Shown here one piece after another: positions 36,403-50,435 of a stretch of 64,000 nt of DNA. The position numbers were made by a program, and so were the translations under genes. Position 1 is the stretch's first letter. Each line of letters opens with the position of its first letter. Source of the DNA: Isurus oxyrinchus (Eukaryota); NCBI GenBank assembly GCA_026770705.1, contig JANJGN010000011.1:106516001-106580000 (forward strand), in the 5' to 3' direction. Under the pieces are notes generated by a model. The model had not been told where the DNA came from and searched no databases. It saw nothing but the letters and a program-made list of their open reading frames with translations.

Positions 36403-37394
36403 AATGGTAAAAAGGACTTGAACAACTTACTACAGGAATCTCCAACTTTGTTCCCCTGCAGCACCCCATCCGCCCCACCACAAGGTGAAGGAAATGAAAG
36501 TTGAATTTTAAATTAAGCAACAGACCCAATTCAATCCCTTACAAATCAACTTCCTGCAGCTGGAGAGAATTTCATGGCCACATGGGGCATCTACACTTGA
36601 AATGCTAATCCATTTATTTTTGGCCCTCTGCCTTAACTAAATGTCAGAAATAAGCCAGATTAAGTGTAATCTTGATGGCCTTTAATGTAAAGATTAAAAG
36701 GGTTCCATCTGCAGCCAATATCCTGCTTAGGTTACATTAGCCCAACAGATAAGCCTTTGAAAGTAATAAATGTGCAACTTTAGACACAGTAAGACAGCTA
36801 TTAAGTGCAGATATACAAAAACAAGGAAAACCACATTATGGTTATATTCAAACACTGCTCACTGGAAAAGCAATGTTCATGTCCAATATTTTCTCATTCT
36901 GATGAACAGTGATTGACCCAAAATATCAACACTGTTCCTCTCTCCACAAATGCTATCTGACTTGCAGAGTGTTTCCAGCTTTTTCTGTTTTTGCTTCTGT
37001 AAATGTTGCCTTTCACTATTCTGTTGTACATTTTGCTTCCCACCAAACAGCATGGCTGGTAATTTATTAGAAGGCCTGTTTGCGGGCACAGCTACTTAAA
37101 GCCATCAAAGGACCAACCATGAATCATGTTGCCAGAAAAGATTAAATAGGCTGAATGTAGAGAAATATTTCCAAAAAGCCTCAGGTCAGACTGCAGAACT
37201 GGTGCAAGAAGTATTTAAATACAATCCTTTAGAATCCTAACCAGAGAAAATAAAATGAAAAAAGAAACATAACAATCTAATATAGATCATGCCACAAATG
37301 GAAACAGAATTTTAGCATTTAAAACCAGATAAAAATCATGGAAGTAACTTTGCTAGCAGGTTGATAATTACTCCCAGTGTTTTTGAAACATCAC

Positions 37395-38896
37395 ATGCTG
37401 GATTTGCCCCTTGGGGACAGGAAACAGGAGCTGGGACTGCTTCTGAGTCAGCAACCTACGCCTGGAAGAAGGGGGGAAGCTGACCGAAGTTTAGATTTTC
37501 ATGGGGTTAAACCCTTGGACACAGGTTTCCTGTCCAATTATAACTGATGGAGGCAGGAATGGAGGTGCGTCAAATGAAGTGGGGGACTCATTCAGACACC
37601 CACAGCAGCCATCATTGAGGCTACTATTGTCCTGGAGGAGAGAATTTGTGCCAAAGACTTCGATTGTACCACAGCGGGGGCAAGATGTCATGGGGGAGTC
37701 GGAGGCCTGACACTGTGAGGGAGAAAGGGGAGGCCTTCTTCCAGGAGAGTGCCAATTGAGGAAGCCACCTCATCATCCAGCAGGGGCACCTCTCTTGTTC
37801 AGCACCATCTCCCTTTGCTTCCAATTCCTCCTCCTCTCTTACCTCCTGCTCCTCCACTGATGTGCTGTCCTCTTCCAGGGCTTCCATATCCTCAAGGTCC
37901 ACACCACTCTGAAGGGTGCTGTTATGGAGAGTGCAGCAGACCACCACAACAGCTGTGACCCTTGCACGATGACACTGCAGGCACCGTCTGACTGGTACAA
38001 GTACCGGTGTACAGTCCTAGTGCCCTTTGAGCCTGCGATGCCCCATCAGTTATGAATCTAGTCTTGGTGAAGAGGGCATCTGTCACCTGGGTGATGGACT
38101 GGTCACCTGTGAGATGCCTCAAAGGTCCACATTGACAAGGTCATACTTGTCTGTGACTATCTGTGTGGACAGTCAGTCTTCTTTGGCACTGGTTCTCAAT
38201 CTTGTCCAGGTGGCTTCACATCTGCCTGTAGATCCTGTGCTCAGTATGCTCCTTCGGTGCCGTTCATTCTTCTCCCCTAGCGTCCTGATGCTTGGCATTC
38301 TGGCCTTCCTGTACAGGCTGCTGTTCCTCATCACCCGTGGCCTTGATTTCTGAGGGTGCAGCTCCCATTTTCAACTTCACCCTTCCTAGTGCTCAGGTGA
38401 AGTCAGAAGTTGCCTTGCTCATTGCTCTAATGCCCGCTGATGCCAGGCAGGTGACGAGCCTCTGAAATGGCAAAGTTCTTAATGCTGCCTTCTCTCCTGA
38501 TCTGTGATGCGCTGTTGCAACTTTAACTTCAAAGAGGTAAGCCCTTTAACAAATGATAAACATTGACACTTATCTTTAGAAACTTATTGGCCTCCATCAC
38601 CCACTCCTGCTAAGTCCTTTTCTGCCTTCAGCTGGTCTGGGGTAGGCAGCTCCAAAACACTGGCTGCCTCCAGGAAAATCCAAAAGCTTAACAGACAGGC
38701 TTTTAACAAGCCCCAATTGCACTGATTAGGAGCACGGACGAGATTACAGGCCCATGCTCAAATGCCTCCCACAACCTTTGAGAAGAATAGTCATGTTGCA
38801 AACGGAGGTGGGTTGTCAGCACACTCCACGTCACTGCCATTTTCCCCAGCTGTCCACTTTCGTTCTGAGCCAATTCTGGCCCCAGAAATCCAGCCC
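37395..38896 (-). mobile_element. internally deleted Harbinger element (transposase fragments)
   Basis: SITQVTDALFTK joined to VVVCCTLHNSTLQSG plus acidic tail; right TIR gaaatccagccc. Confidence 0.7.
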
Positions 38897-38899
38897 TAT

Positions 38900-39262
38900 A
38901 TCTCAGAGTTTCCAGGGTACTGACGGAGTTCTATCTGTTGAAGGTGCCATCTTTCAGATGAATAATTAAACCACAACGTTGTCTTCCATTAAGGTGGATG
39001 TAACAGATCTCATAGCAATATTCTGAAGAGGAGCATGGGCTCCTGCTATTTAGCAAATACTTAACCCTTAAACAGCATCACTAAAACTGATAATTTTGTT
39101 ATGATCACATTACTATTTGTGGAAGCCTGCTGTGCGCAAATTGGTTGGCACATTTCTTACAATAGTGACTACAGTTCAGAAAGTACTTTATTAGATGTAA
39201 CGTGTCTGGAGCATCTCATGGTCATGAAAGTTGCTATATAAATGCAATTCTTCTCCTTTCTT
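38900..39262 (+). mobile_element. Deu-domain SINE
   Basis: gtactgacggagt..ggtgccatctttcagatgaa..ggtggatgtaacagatctc..tgctatataaatgcaa tail. Confidence 0.7.
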
Positions 39263-40579
39263 TTAATATATATATTTTTTGTTGTCCATTGTTAATGTGA
39301 ATGTATCAATAATCTGAGGACATAAGATAACACCATAGTATGGTCTCATAAGAAGGGGACAACAGCAATTTTTTGGTATTCATTTTTGTAAAAATGACTA
39401 ACTTCCCAATTTTTGTTTTCTCCAACATGTCTGAAATGTAACTGAGTTATCATTCTACAGGTCTTGCAGTTCTCCCGAACCTCAACCAAGCAACCATTCC
39501 CACTGTGCAATCACACATTGAGCTGTTTAATCACGGGATGGAGGGGTATCATAGCTGGTTTCGATCCTGTGTTTGGCTTACACGTGTATTTTCCAGCATG
39601 AGTCATTGATTATGATCACCGAATGGAAGTGTGCCTGAATTTTCCATTTCTATTTCATGATTACCAACACTAACTGTAGTATCCTCGATGAATTTGCACA
39701 AACCGAGTGTCAAATCAATGGTCCTTCCAGGTTTGTATGCTGCAGAGTCAACTGACAATTTTTAAAAACACTTGGGTCGGAACCAACAGAAAGGAATCCA
39801 AAATAAAGGATAGATGACAGTAGCATTGTTTTAAAACCTGGCCAAATAATGCAAATACATTAGATTTGATCCGCTGTTTGAACTCTGACTTTAACAGATG
39901 ATCAAATATATTTTGGTTTATGCAGTGGTAAAAAAAAAAATAATGTAATTTGGAAAAGGCTGTATTAAATTATAACAAATAATTACCAAAATAAAAATAA
40001 ACGTTTAAGGAAGAGATGCCTCTTTGTAATAGTGAATGGTCCAGGCCCTTGTGGCTGCTGAGTATTATATAGTAAGCAGCCCACTATATAATGATTCTTT
40101 GTTTATCTTTGGCAACAGAATGTGTAAAAGCATAGAGGGAAAGCTTCATTTGTGTAGCGCGTCTTTCTTCAATGATAACAATGGAGATCACATGTGGGCT
40201 GTGTAGGTAGTGGCCCATAGCGCTGCCTGGTCCCGGGAAATCAACACAAGTTTGCTTTAAGTGGTGCTTTACAAGCAAATATAGCCCTAAAGTTTTGTGA
40301 CTTTTTTAGTCTAAAATACCTCAAAATAGAAATTATTTGGTGTCAAAAAACAGCACAACAATATAACCTGCTAGAATGTAGGCTAATTGATAGAGATTGA
40401 TTGCTATGATTAATCAACAATTCCATTATCATTGTATCATGTGACTACCAGGAAAGTGGAAGGTAAATGTCATTGCACACAGTTATGATATTACACATTT
40501 TTAGAAAAACGGTGCTGAAGGTCACATTTTAAAAAAAAACTCTTGAACTGAGTTTAAAAACTGTTCTCAGCAGCTAGTA

Positions 40580-42670
40580 TGGATGCAGTGGGAGGACTTG
40601 TGAAGCCTGTCAATGAGGCTGCAAGACATTACGCATTATTCAATGGGTATTTTCATATTAAAAGTGACAAAAATGCCTTCACATGTGCAACCACTTGTGA
40701 TCAGAATTTCTTAAATTTTCTAGGCCTACCACTTCTCCTAGGTGTTGCCCTGACATCCGCAGCAAGAGTGGAGACAGTGTGTGCAATGGTTGGCCCTGTT
40801 GCTTCTGATGACTTCGACATCTGTCCTCTGGGGAGCTGAGGTCTTGAGGGTCCTGACGTGCTTCGGCTGCTCTCCCTGCGGTGACACAGGACGAAGAGGT
40901 CACAGGCAAAGGGGACACAAAGGGAGAGGCCAGCTTCTGAGATTCCTGAGTGGATTACCCAGGGGTGTCCAGCACCTGTTCTACCTCACTTCAGGTGCCC
41001 AGGGGCCTCAGCCTGACTCCTTGAAGGGAAGGAACACAGGAGGGATGTCGAGGTGCCCCGTTCTCCTCTCACGTTGCCACTGCATGAACTCACCCATGGC
41101 TACTGCAATGTAGTGCAGGTCTGTGCACATCTCCATGTTATACTGGGCCAGCGCCTCCATTGCGTCTGTCATCCTTCCCATGGAGACCTCCATAGGCGCA
41201 CATATGGGCACCACTTCATGAGAGAGCAGGCGGACGCACTCATCTGACTCACATGCCACTCTTGTTGAGGGCTTCCAACTGCTCTGTGTGATGTTTCCCC
41301 ACCTTCTGCTGACTCTCCAGGATGAGTTGGAAGGCCAAATCCAGAGGCTTATCATCTGACTCAGATCTCACGGATGCCTCTTCCCCAGCAATGCTGCAAG
41401 TGCCAGGGAGCTCAGCTGAACCTGCCTCCTCCTGCTGCAGACATGTGTCCATGTGGTGAGCATCAGATTGTGAACCTGAGCCTGCTCTAGATCCAGGTCC
41501 CACTAAATTGGGTGTATCTGTGATGGTGAAGGGCGTTGGTAAGCACTATGACGGGTCTTCCAGGCTGCTTATTTCCAGCTTTTCAATGGAAGAAGTGTCC
41601 ACTTGGTTGGAGGTGCGGCCCTAGATGGAGTTGAGGGATTATCTGGCTGAGGATGTCGTTCACTTGGCAGAACTCCCTGTGAACCAAAGTAGAGATAAGT
41701 TGTGCATGGCAGCAGAGTCAAAAGCAGAAGAGAGAGCAGTTTTCATTGAACATTTGCAGTGAGAGAGGGATGATGTGGTGTAGGATCCTCACTAGGGTGT
41801 TCTCTGGTGACCTCACCATCGCCGCAGACATGCCACATCCTCATCAGTCAGTGCGATGGCACGCTCCTCAATGTGAATAGGGTCCTAATGTGGGCCACTC
41901 CACCTCCGGTCTGGGACCTCTCTCTGCTGTTGTGAGCCAGCTTCTCCTGTATGAAAACAGAGAGAGTGTGAGGAGGACACATGGCACTTTGTGGACAGGA
42001 TGAGGATGCAAGCTCCAGAGGATATGAGCCTGATGGAGATGCGAGGGTGTGTGTGAGAGTTGGTGGTGTTATCCCTTGAGGTGTGAGATCCCTGTGGACA
42101 TGTGATGGGTTTGTAAGTGTAAGAGTTATGAGTGATGAGGTGTTTGATTTACCCTGGTGGAACGGATGAGAGCCTTCATCCTCTTCCTGCACTGGATGGC
42201 TGACCAACTCTGTGCCCCGGTGGCTGACTACCACTGTCATTGCCTCCCCAGGCTGAATAGGTGACTCTGGTGGACCTCCTGCAGCCAGAGTGAGTAGAGG
42301 ACATTGCAGCAGCCTTCCAATGTGTCCAGCAGGCACCTTAGGGAGGCATCACTAAATCTGGGGGCTGCCGTATTCTTTGCTTTTGGAGCCATCTGTCGCC
42401 TGGACCAGTCTTGGTCTGTAGGCAGGATGTAAGCTGCGCTCTGGTGCACTTTAAATATGGCGCCCGGAGCGAGGAAGCGCTGAGGCATGGCAGCGTGGGC
42501 AAATCCGAGCCGGCCCACCAGCGATCCAGCATGTTACCTGTGAACACATTATTAATGAGATGGGATCCATTGGGCATGGGACGATACAGCATCAAAACCC
42601 ACCAGTGGGTAAAATGACTTTTTTCCTGCCTGCTAATGCACTTTGTGCATATCTGGGACAATTCACCCCA
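40580..42670 (-). mobile_element. Harbinger fragment carrying a three-exon Myb/SANT gene fossil
   Basis: Exon 1 MAPKAKNTAAPRFSDASLRCLLD (from about 42390), exon 2 EKLAHNSRERSQTGGG after an acceptor ag, exon 3 low-complexity to about 40740. Confidence 0.75.
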
Positions 42671-42958
42671 CAGAAAAGCATCTAAAAACAATTGCTAGTC
42701 TGCTGTAAAGTAACTACGCAAGGAATCTTCTCTCCTCCCTGTAAATCCTGATTTACCTACCAAGCTCATGTGTTAAAGCAACCTCCAGCAATTCTACCAT
42801 TAAAGCCATTGCAGTTACAGAGACAATTCTACAACCTCAAAACCTTCACTTCAGACATTGTAACACCTCAACTTCATAACATATCAGGCCTGCATCAAGT
42901 ATGGACTCATCCTGATTTACATTTATAAGTATATTTTATCATTTTTAACAAATCTTTT

Positions 42959-43040
<82 letters not shown>
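42959..43040. repeat. (TG)n microsatellite, about 40 units
   Basis: Read directly from the sequence. Confidence 0.98.
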
Positions 43041-43045
<5 letters not shown>

Positions 43046-43149
43046 TAGCAACTTTATCTTTTCTTAGGTAATTTCCAGAGGAACAGAGTGAAATCAAATA
43101 ACCTTGCCTTTTTTTAAAGTAAAAAGACTTTGCAGCTGGGTTTTCTTGA

Positions 43150-45873
43150 ATTGACACCATCATCACCAACCCTGGGTATGTCTTGTCCCATCGGGCAGGA
43201 CAGGCCCAGTAGAGGTGGCGGCACAGTGGTATACAGTTGGGAGGGTGTTGCCCTGGGAGTCCTCAACATTGATTCCAGACCCCATGAAGTTTCATGACAT
43301 CAGGTCAAACATGGACAAGGAAACCTCCTGTTGGTTACCACATACCGCCCTCCCTCAGCTGATGAATCAGTGTTCCTCCATGTTGAACACCACTTGGAGG
43401 AATCATAGAGAGTGGGAAGGGCGCAGAATGTACTCTGGGTGGGGGACTTCAGTGGTTTGGTAACACCACGACTGACCGAGCTGGTCAAGTCTTAAAGAAC
43501 ATAGTTGCTAGACCAGATCTGTGGCAGGTGGTGAGGGAACCAACAAGAAGGAAAAACATACTTGACCTCATCCTCACCAACCTGCCCGCCATAGATGCAT
43601 CTGCCCATGATAGTATCGGTAGGAGTGACCACTGCACAGTTGTTTGGGAGACAAAGTCCCACCTTCGCATTGAGGATACCCTCTATCGTGTTGTATGGAA
43701 TTACCACAGGGCTGAATGGGATAGATTTTGCACTGGTCCAACAACTCAAGACTGGGCATCCATGAGGTGTTGTGGGCCACCAGCAGCAGCAGAAATGTAC
43801 TTGAACAAAATCTGTAACCTCATGGCTCGGCATATCCCCCACTCTACCATTACCATCAAGCCAGGGGATCAACCTTGGTTCAATGAAAAGTGCGGGAGGA
43901 CATGCCAGGAACAGCACCAGGCATACCTAACAATGAGGGGTCAACCTGGTGAAGCTATAAAACAGAACTACCTGCATGCCAAACAGCATAAACAGCAAGT
44001 GATAGACAGGGCTAAGCGATCCCACAGCCAACGGATCAGATCTAAGCTCTGCAGTCCTGCCACATCCAGTCATGAACAGTGGTGGACAATAAAACAACTG
44101 GAGGAGGAAGCTCCATAAATAGCCCCATCCTCAATAATGGGGGAGCCCAGCACATCAGAGCAAAATACAAAGCTGAAGCATATGTTACAATCTTCAGTCA
44201 GAAGTCCAAAGTGGATGATCAATCTCGGCCTCCTCTGGAGGTCCCCAGCATCACAGATGTTAGTCTTCAGCCAATTAGATTCACTCCACGTGATATCAGG
44301 AAATGGCTGAAGGTACTGGATACTGCAAGGCCTATGGGCCTGACAGTATTCCAGTGATAGTACTGAAGACTTGTGATCTGGAAGTTGCTGCGCCCATAGC
44401 CAAGCTGTTCCAGTACAGCTATAACACTGGCATCTACCCAGCTATGTAGAAAATTATTTAGGTATGTCCTGTACATAAAAAGCAGGACAAATCCAACCCG
44501 GCCAATTACCGCCCCATCAGTCTACTCTCCTTCAACAGTAAAGTAATGGAAGGAGTCATCAACAGTGCTATTAAGCGGCACTTGCTAAGCAATAACCTGC
44601 TCATTGATGCTCAGTTTGGGTTCTGCCAGGTCCACTCAGCTTCTGACCTCTTACAGCCTTAGTTCAAACATAGACAAAAGATCTCAACTCCCGAGGTGAG
44701 GTAAGAGTGACTGCCCTTGACATCAAGGCAGCATTTGACTTTGCTTGGCATCAAGGAACCCTAGCAAAACTTGAGTCAACAGGAATCAGAGGGAAAACTC
44801 GCCAATGGTTGGATTCGTACCTAGCACAATGGAAAATGGTTGTAGTTGTTGGAGGTCAGTCATCTCAGCTTCAGGACATCACTGCAGGATTTCCTCAGGG
44901 TATTATCTCAGCCCAACCCATCTTCAGCTGCTTCATCAATGACCTTCTTTCAATCATAACGTCAGAAGTGGGGATGTTCGCTGATGATTGCACAATGTTC
45001 AGCACCTTTCACAATTCCTCAGATACAGAAGCTGTCCGTGTCCAAATGCAGCAAGACCTGGACAATATCTAGGCATGTGCTGACAAGTAGCAAGTAACAT
45101 TCGTGCCGCACAAGTGTCAGGCAATGACCATGTCTAACAAGAGAGAATCCAACCATTGCTCCTTGATGTTCAATGGCATTACCATCACTGAATTCCCCAC
45201 TATCAACATCCTGGGGATTACCATTGACCAGAAACTGAACTGAACTTGTCATATAAATACTGTGGCTACAAGAGCAGGTCGAGACAAGGAATCCTGCGAC
45301 GAATCGCTCACCTCCTGACTCCCCAAAGCCTGTCCGCCACCTAAAAGGCACAAGTCAGGAGTGTGATGGAATACTCCCCACTTGCCTAAATGAGTGCAGC
45401 TCCCACAACGCTCAAGAAGCTTGACACCGTCCAGGACAAAGCAGCCTGCTTCATTGGCATTACATCCACAAACATTCACTCCCTTCACCACCCACGCACA
45501 GTAGCAGCAGTGGGTACCATCTACAAGATGCACTGCAGGACTTCACCAAGGCACCTTAGACAGCACTTTCCATACCCACAACCACTACGATCGAGAATGA
45601 CTGGGGCAGCAGGTAGATGGCTACACCACCACCTGGAAGTTCCCCTCCAAGTCACTCACCATCCTGACTTGGAAATATATCGCTGTTTCTTCACTGTCGC
45701 TGGGTCAAAATCCTGGAATTTCCTTTCTAACAACATTGTGGGTGTACCTACACCACATGGACTGCAGCAGTTCAAGAAGGCTGCTCACCACCACCTTCTC
45801 AAGGGAAACTAGGGATGGGCAATAAATGCTGTCCCAGCCAGTAAAGCCCACATCCATGAGTTAATAAAATAAA
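43150..45873 (+). mobile_element. 5'-truncated CR1-like (CR1/L2 group) LINE, ORF2 with stops
   Basis: APE PTRRKNILDLILTN..GRSDH; RT NYRPISLL, ALDIKAAFD, VGMFADDC; end KKAAHHHLLKGN and A-rich tail. Confidence 0.9.
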
Positions 45874-46246
45874 TTGAATTTCTCAATCCACGGGTAAGAA
45901 AATACACGCACATGCACAAATTCATTGTTCGCAGGCTACTTAGAGAAACACCTTCAAAGCGTCTGTGACATGAAATAGATGGACCTGGGGCTTTTGTTGT
46001 CTAACAACTCTTATATTCCTATGTACAATGTAGAGCCTAAAACATTAGTTAGATTAGCAAAGTGCTGGAATGGCAAATGCATTAACAATTCTGTACACCA
46101 ACTCATTATTTCAATTTTACTTGCACAGAATTCTATTAGGATCAAATAAGTTGCCAAATTAATTAACTTGTAATATACAGCAGCTTTCATGTCATTGTGT
46201 ATTAAATGTAATAAAATGTGCTGTTGCAACAACTATCCACTTAATT

Positions 46247-46380
46247 CTGTTCTGCTGAAGAGCCATAAGGCCTCGAAACGTTAACTGTGCTCCTCTCCAC
46301 AGATGCTGTCAGACCTGCTGAGTCTTTCCAGGTATTTTTGTTTTTGTTTTGGATTTCCAGTATCTGCAGTTTTTTGCTTT
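46247..46380 (+). mobile_element. 134-bp Penelope pseudo-LTR/hammerhead mini-insertion
   Basis: TSD tatcca[c/a]ttaatt (46234-46246, 46381-46393); ctgctga-a-gagcc..gcctc-gaaacgttaac followed by the family tail. Confidence 0.75.
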
Positions 46381-48129
46381 TATCCAATTAATTAGCCTAA
46401 CCCATTTTTTAACAGTGCTTTTTGAAAACTGTTTGTTTCACATTTTAGGAGTTCATTAATTTCATCTCTAATAGCGTAGTGGATTTTGTGCATTCATTAA
46501 GGAAGCCTATAATGGGAAGTGGACTTCAATATTTCACATTGAAGAGGCTACATCATCGTTCTATCAAATAATGAGCATCTTGAGTGGTACTGGGAGCCTG
46601 TCACTCCCCACAGAGTAATATTTGAATTTACAGATTCAATTTAGTACGAATTCATCACCTTCAGGAAAGAAAGGACAATGGGAAAAAATCAAAGGACAAA
46701 CTGAGAGAAAAATGTCTAATGTGTCACTGTGCCCATATTGTGATACAAAACAAGTAAGCACAAAAAAAAACAATGTGGAAATATAAATCACCTGTTACTT
46801 TCTTCACAAAAAGTGCCTGACCTGCTGAGTGTTTGCAGCATTTTCTGTTTTAATTTCGGATCTCTAGCATCCACAGTAGTTTTTTCTAGTCTTCTGAAGC
46901 TTGAGCTAAAAAAGTGTCATATATTTGGACAAATCTAACATGTTTTAATGTTAGTGGATTAATTTGGTTATATATAGAACAAGAGCCATTTTAAATGAAT
47001 GGTTAGAGATGTCATATGAGACAGGTACAGGAAACGAACGAGAAAACAAAATTAGGCACTATATGCTTTTGTTTTTCTTAAGTTCTGTACTGATAAATGA
47101 TTATTCCTTTTGGAAGAATGTCAAGATATTAAAAAAAAGCTTTGGGAGTGTAAGCTATTTCCGTGCTTTAACACTTTTTTACTTAAGACCTTGGGGTTGG
47201 GATCGAGTCAGGCCTGCTATCTCAGTTTGGAGGTGGCCATGAAGGTGGGCAAGTGCTGAGTTAGCTGTTTGGAAGGCCCTTCTTGGTTCTCTGAGTCCTA
47301 TGCTCAGTTTTATAAAAGGCTGTTAGGCTCTCTTGCCCTCATGCCTCACCCGACCCCCCCCCCCCACCTCCCATACACCTTTATAATCCCCCCCATCCAA
47401 CTCCTATGCCCTCTCATTTCCCCCATGCCACCTCCATAGCCACTCATTCAGTATCCACTATGGGCAGACTTCAGAAAACATTTGAAGATGACCACTTCTA
47501 TTCCTATGTTTCTATATGTAGAAGGCTCTCACTCATTCACATTTGAAATCAGAAAAAAAACCTAATTTATGAAATTCATTCAATAATTTTTAATCCCCTC
47601 GTTATCTGTTTATAAAAGAAAACTTCTATTCAGTAACTGCACTGTGGGAGTGCTTCGAGTTGGTTCCCAATTCCATATTCCTATGTCCCCTTTCGCCATC
47701 ATTCCTTTCCCAGGCCAGTGACACGTCACTTCTCTTTCTCTGTGGAAGCACAGCTTGGAGTCAAGCAGTGGTGCCTTGTAAGATCATGGCTACACTATCT
47801 CTTTTCCAGATTAAGGCAGCAGAAATCTTGGCATCCATAATTTTTATGGCCATTGTGAGGACATTTAGTGAATGATCAGTGTGCCATAATTGAAATTCCA
47901 CAATGAAAGGCATCTTCTCAATAGCTTGTGCCATCAATCCACAAACGCTTGTACTAGATTCTAGATTTCTCCATCCTGTACAACTAGTGTGCCTGATGGA
48001 TCAGCCAGTTGCTGCAGACTTTCTATCATTCTCATCGCTGCTTGGAGAGGATTGCACCCTCCAATGCAGATCCATCTCTCTCATGCTCAATTGTGATTCA
48101 GAAGGTGAAGTCCCTTCTAATCTGTTTTT

Positions 48130-48430
48130 TAAAATTCATTCACAGGATATGGGCATCACTGGCTCGGCCAGCATTTATTGTCCATCCCTAACTTTTTAAG
48201 AGAACCTGTGTGGGGCTGGAATCACTGTAGGCCAGACCATGTAAAGATAACAGATTTCCTTCCCTAAAGGATATTAGTGAAGCAGGTAGGTCACTATTAA
48301 TTCCAGCTTTTAATTGGATTCAAATTCTACCATCTGCCATGGTGGGACTTGAACCTGGGCCCTCAGGACATTACTCTGAGTCTCTATAATTACTAGCTCA
48401 ATGACAATACCATTATGCCACCATCTCTTC
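48130..48430 (-). mobile_element. SINE or short LINE-tail element sharing the 3' tail of the CR1-like LINE
   Basis: gatatgggcatcactggctcggccagcatttattgtccatcccta tail; B-box-like ggttcaagtcc on the minus strand. Confidence 0.55.
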
Positions 48431-49241
48431 CCCACTGAAATGCTCAAATGGGTCCTGTCTTTGTGCATCCTCGAATAGAATCAGTCCCTCTAAGGAAACA
48501 TTTTTTGCAAAAGGCAGCAGCTGCTATTCTTCACTTGATAGCTTTGAAGGAGAGAAGAAAGGGATATGATATTGTCAAGGGAATGTAAAAATGTTGAAAT
48601 TCACATGATAAAGGTGATCATATTTCATTTGGTGCTGGAAACAATTCAACTTGACTTAGTCTGGTATGAGATGATTAAATTAATGAGCATGCATGGGATA
48701 ATCAAGGGCTGTCCGTGTGAATTTGTTAAAGGTAAACTATATTTGATAACTTTAGTGGGCTATGTCCTTCTGATGCAAAAGGTACTAATGAGCCTCCAAG
48801 GTGATGTCTTAAACTGAAGTGTTAGCCTAGCACACGTTTAGTGCAAGACACCATCTTAGTAACGGTTGTGCTAGGAACAGCGAACTGGAGGATTATTCAG
48901 GGCAGATTGACCATTAAGTTGCCTGTTCATGCTCATTGAAGAGGCTGCATGACATTTTGGTGCCTAGCACATTAACCATCCCTCTTACTAAATAGTGGCT
49001 AGCTGATTGGGAGTAAATGAGTTGTTGCAGAGGATTTTGAGCTCTACATCACCTTTGCATGCTGCTGAAGGTTTGAAGAGGACTTTTGAAACATATTGAG
49101 AAACTTCTTGGAACACTTTGTCAAGACTTTACCAACAACATAGCAACATTTATTCTGGAAATTCACTGAGGCTTTCACCTAAAAAGAATAGTACTGTGCT
49201 ACTTTACGAAATCAATGCAGTCTCACTCCTGGGGAAAACAA

Positions 49242-50435
49242 GGGCAGGACTTTTGCCCCAATATGAGGCAGGGAACAAGGATGGGTGGGCTTGGGATTTT
49301 GAACCCGTGTGCCTGTATACTGGCATCATCTGGCCCCAGGTCCATTTTAGGGAAGGCCAGATCGCGGGCAAAATAGTTACTCACCCGTGGCTGAAAGACC
49401 AGGGGAGGGGCCAGGAATTCTGAGGCGAGTGACTCACTTCCTGACTCCCCAAAGCCTGTCCACCATCTACAAGGCACAAGTCAGGAGTGTGATGGAATAC
49501 TCTCCATTTGCCTGGATGAGTGCAGCTCCAATAATACACAAGGGGCTCGATACCATCCAGGACAAAGCAGCCTGCTCGATTAATACCTCATCCTTCAACA
49601 TCCACTCACTCCACCACTTACGCACAGTGGCAGCAGTGTGTACCTCTACAAGCTTCACTGCAGCAACTCACCAAGGCTTCTTTGACAGGACCTTCCAAAT
49701 CAGAAACCTCTACCACTGTGAAGAACAAGGGCAGCAGATGCATGGGAACACCACACACCATCCTGATTTGGAACTATATCACCATTCCTTCACTGTAGGT
49801 GAGTCAAAAACATGGAACTCTGTACTTAACAGCATTGTGGGTGTACCTACACCACATGGACTACTTGCAATTCAAGAAGGCAACTTACTACCACCTTCCC
49901 AAGACCAATTAAGGATCAGCAATAAAAATGCTGGCCTAGCCAGTGGCGACCATATCCCATGAAAGAATAAAAGTGCTGGGTAGCAAGTAAAGATCATTAA
50001 AAGGCCAATTCAGGTCACAGATCGGAGGCTGAAATGAATTATCCAGTCAGCGTGTCCTCCCTCAGCAGCATCAACAGCATTGCAGATACCTGCAGGTGGC
50101 AGGTCTGGTGACCAGTGTTCCAGGATGCTTTTGAGGGGCCCCTCCTTGGCTGCAGCTATGGCTGTATCTGTGGCTGCAGGCTGCCCTGAGGGTCTGGCAG
50201 CTGTGGCCATTTTTTACTTCAAATGTGTTGAGAGGACACCTTGAAATGGAAGCACCCTCTCTCTCCCTTAACTGCAATGGCAAGCTGCAATCTTTCTGTG
50301 CCAGAGGGCCTCTAGCCACGAATTGGCCAATTCATGCAAAATTGATTTTGGATGACCACTCCTGACACAGTGTGGTGTTGTACCCACCATTAGACACCAA
50401 TGAGAGAGTTCCAACCCAAATGCAAAATTCTGCCC
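49242..50435. mobile_element. Harbinger-type MITE with a CR1-like LINE 3' fragment (about 49415-49972, plus strand) inside
   Basis: TIR gggcaggacttt / aaaattctgccc; TSD CAA; LINE peptide YKAQVRSVMEYSPFAWM. Confidence 0.8.

Noticed and set aside
42945-43169. ORF with a (TH)n repeat
   Set aside because: Translation of the (CA)n microsatellite
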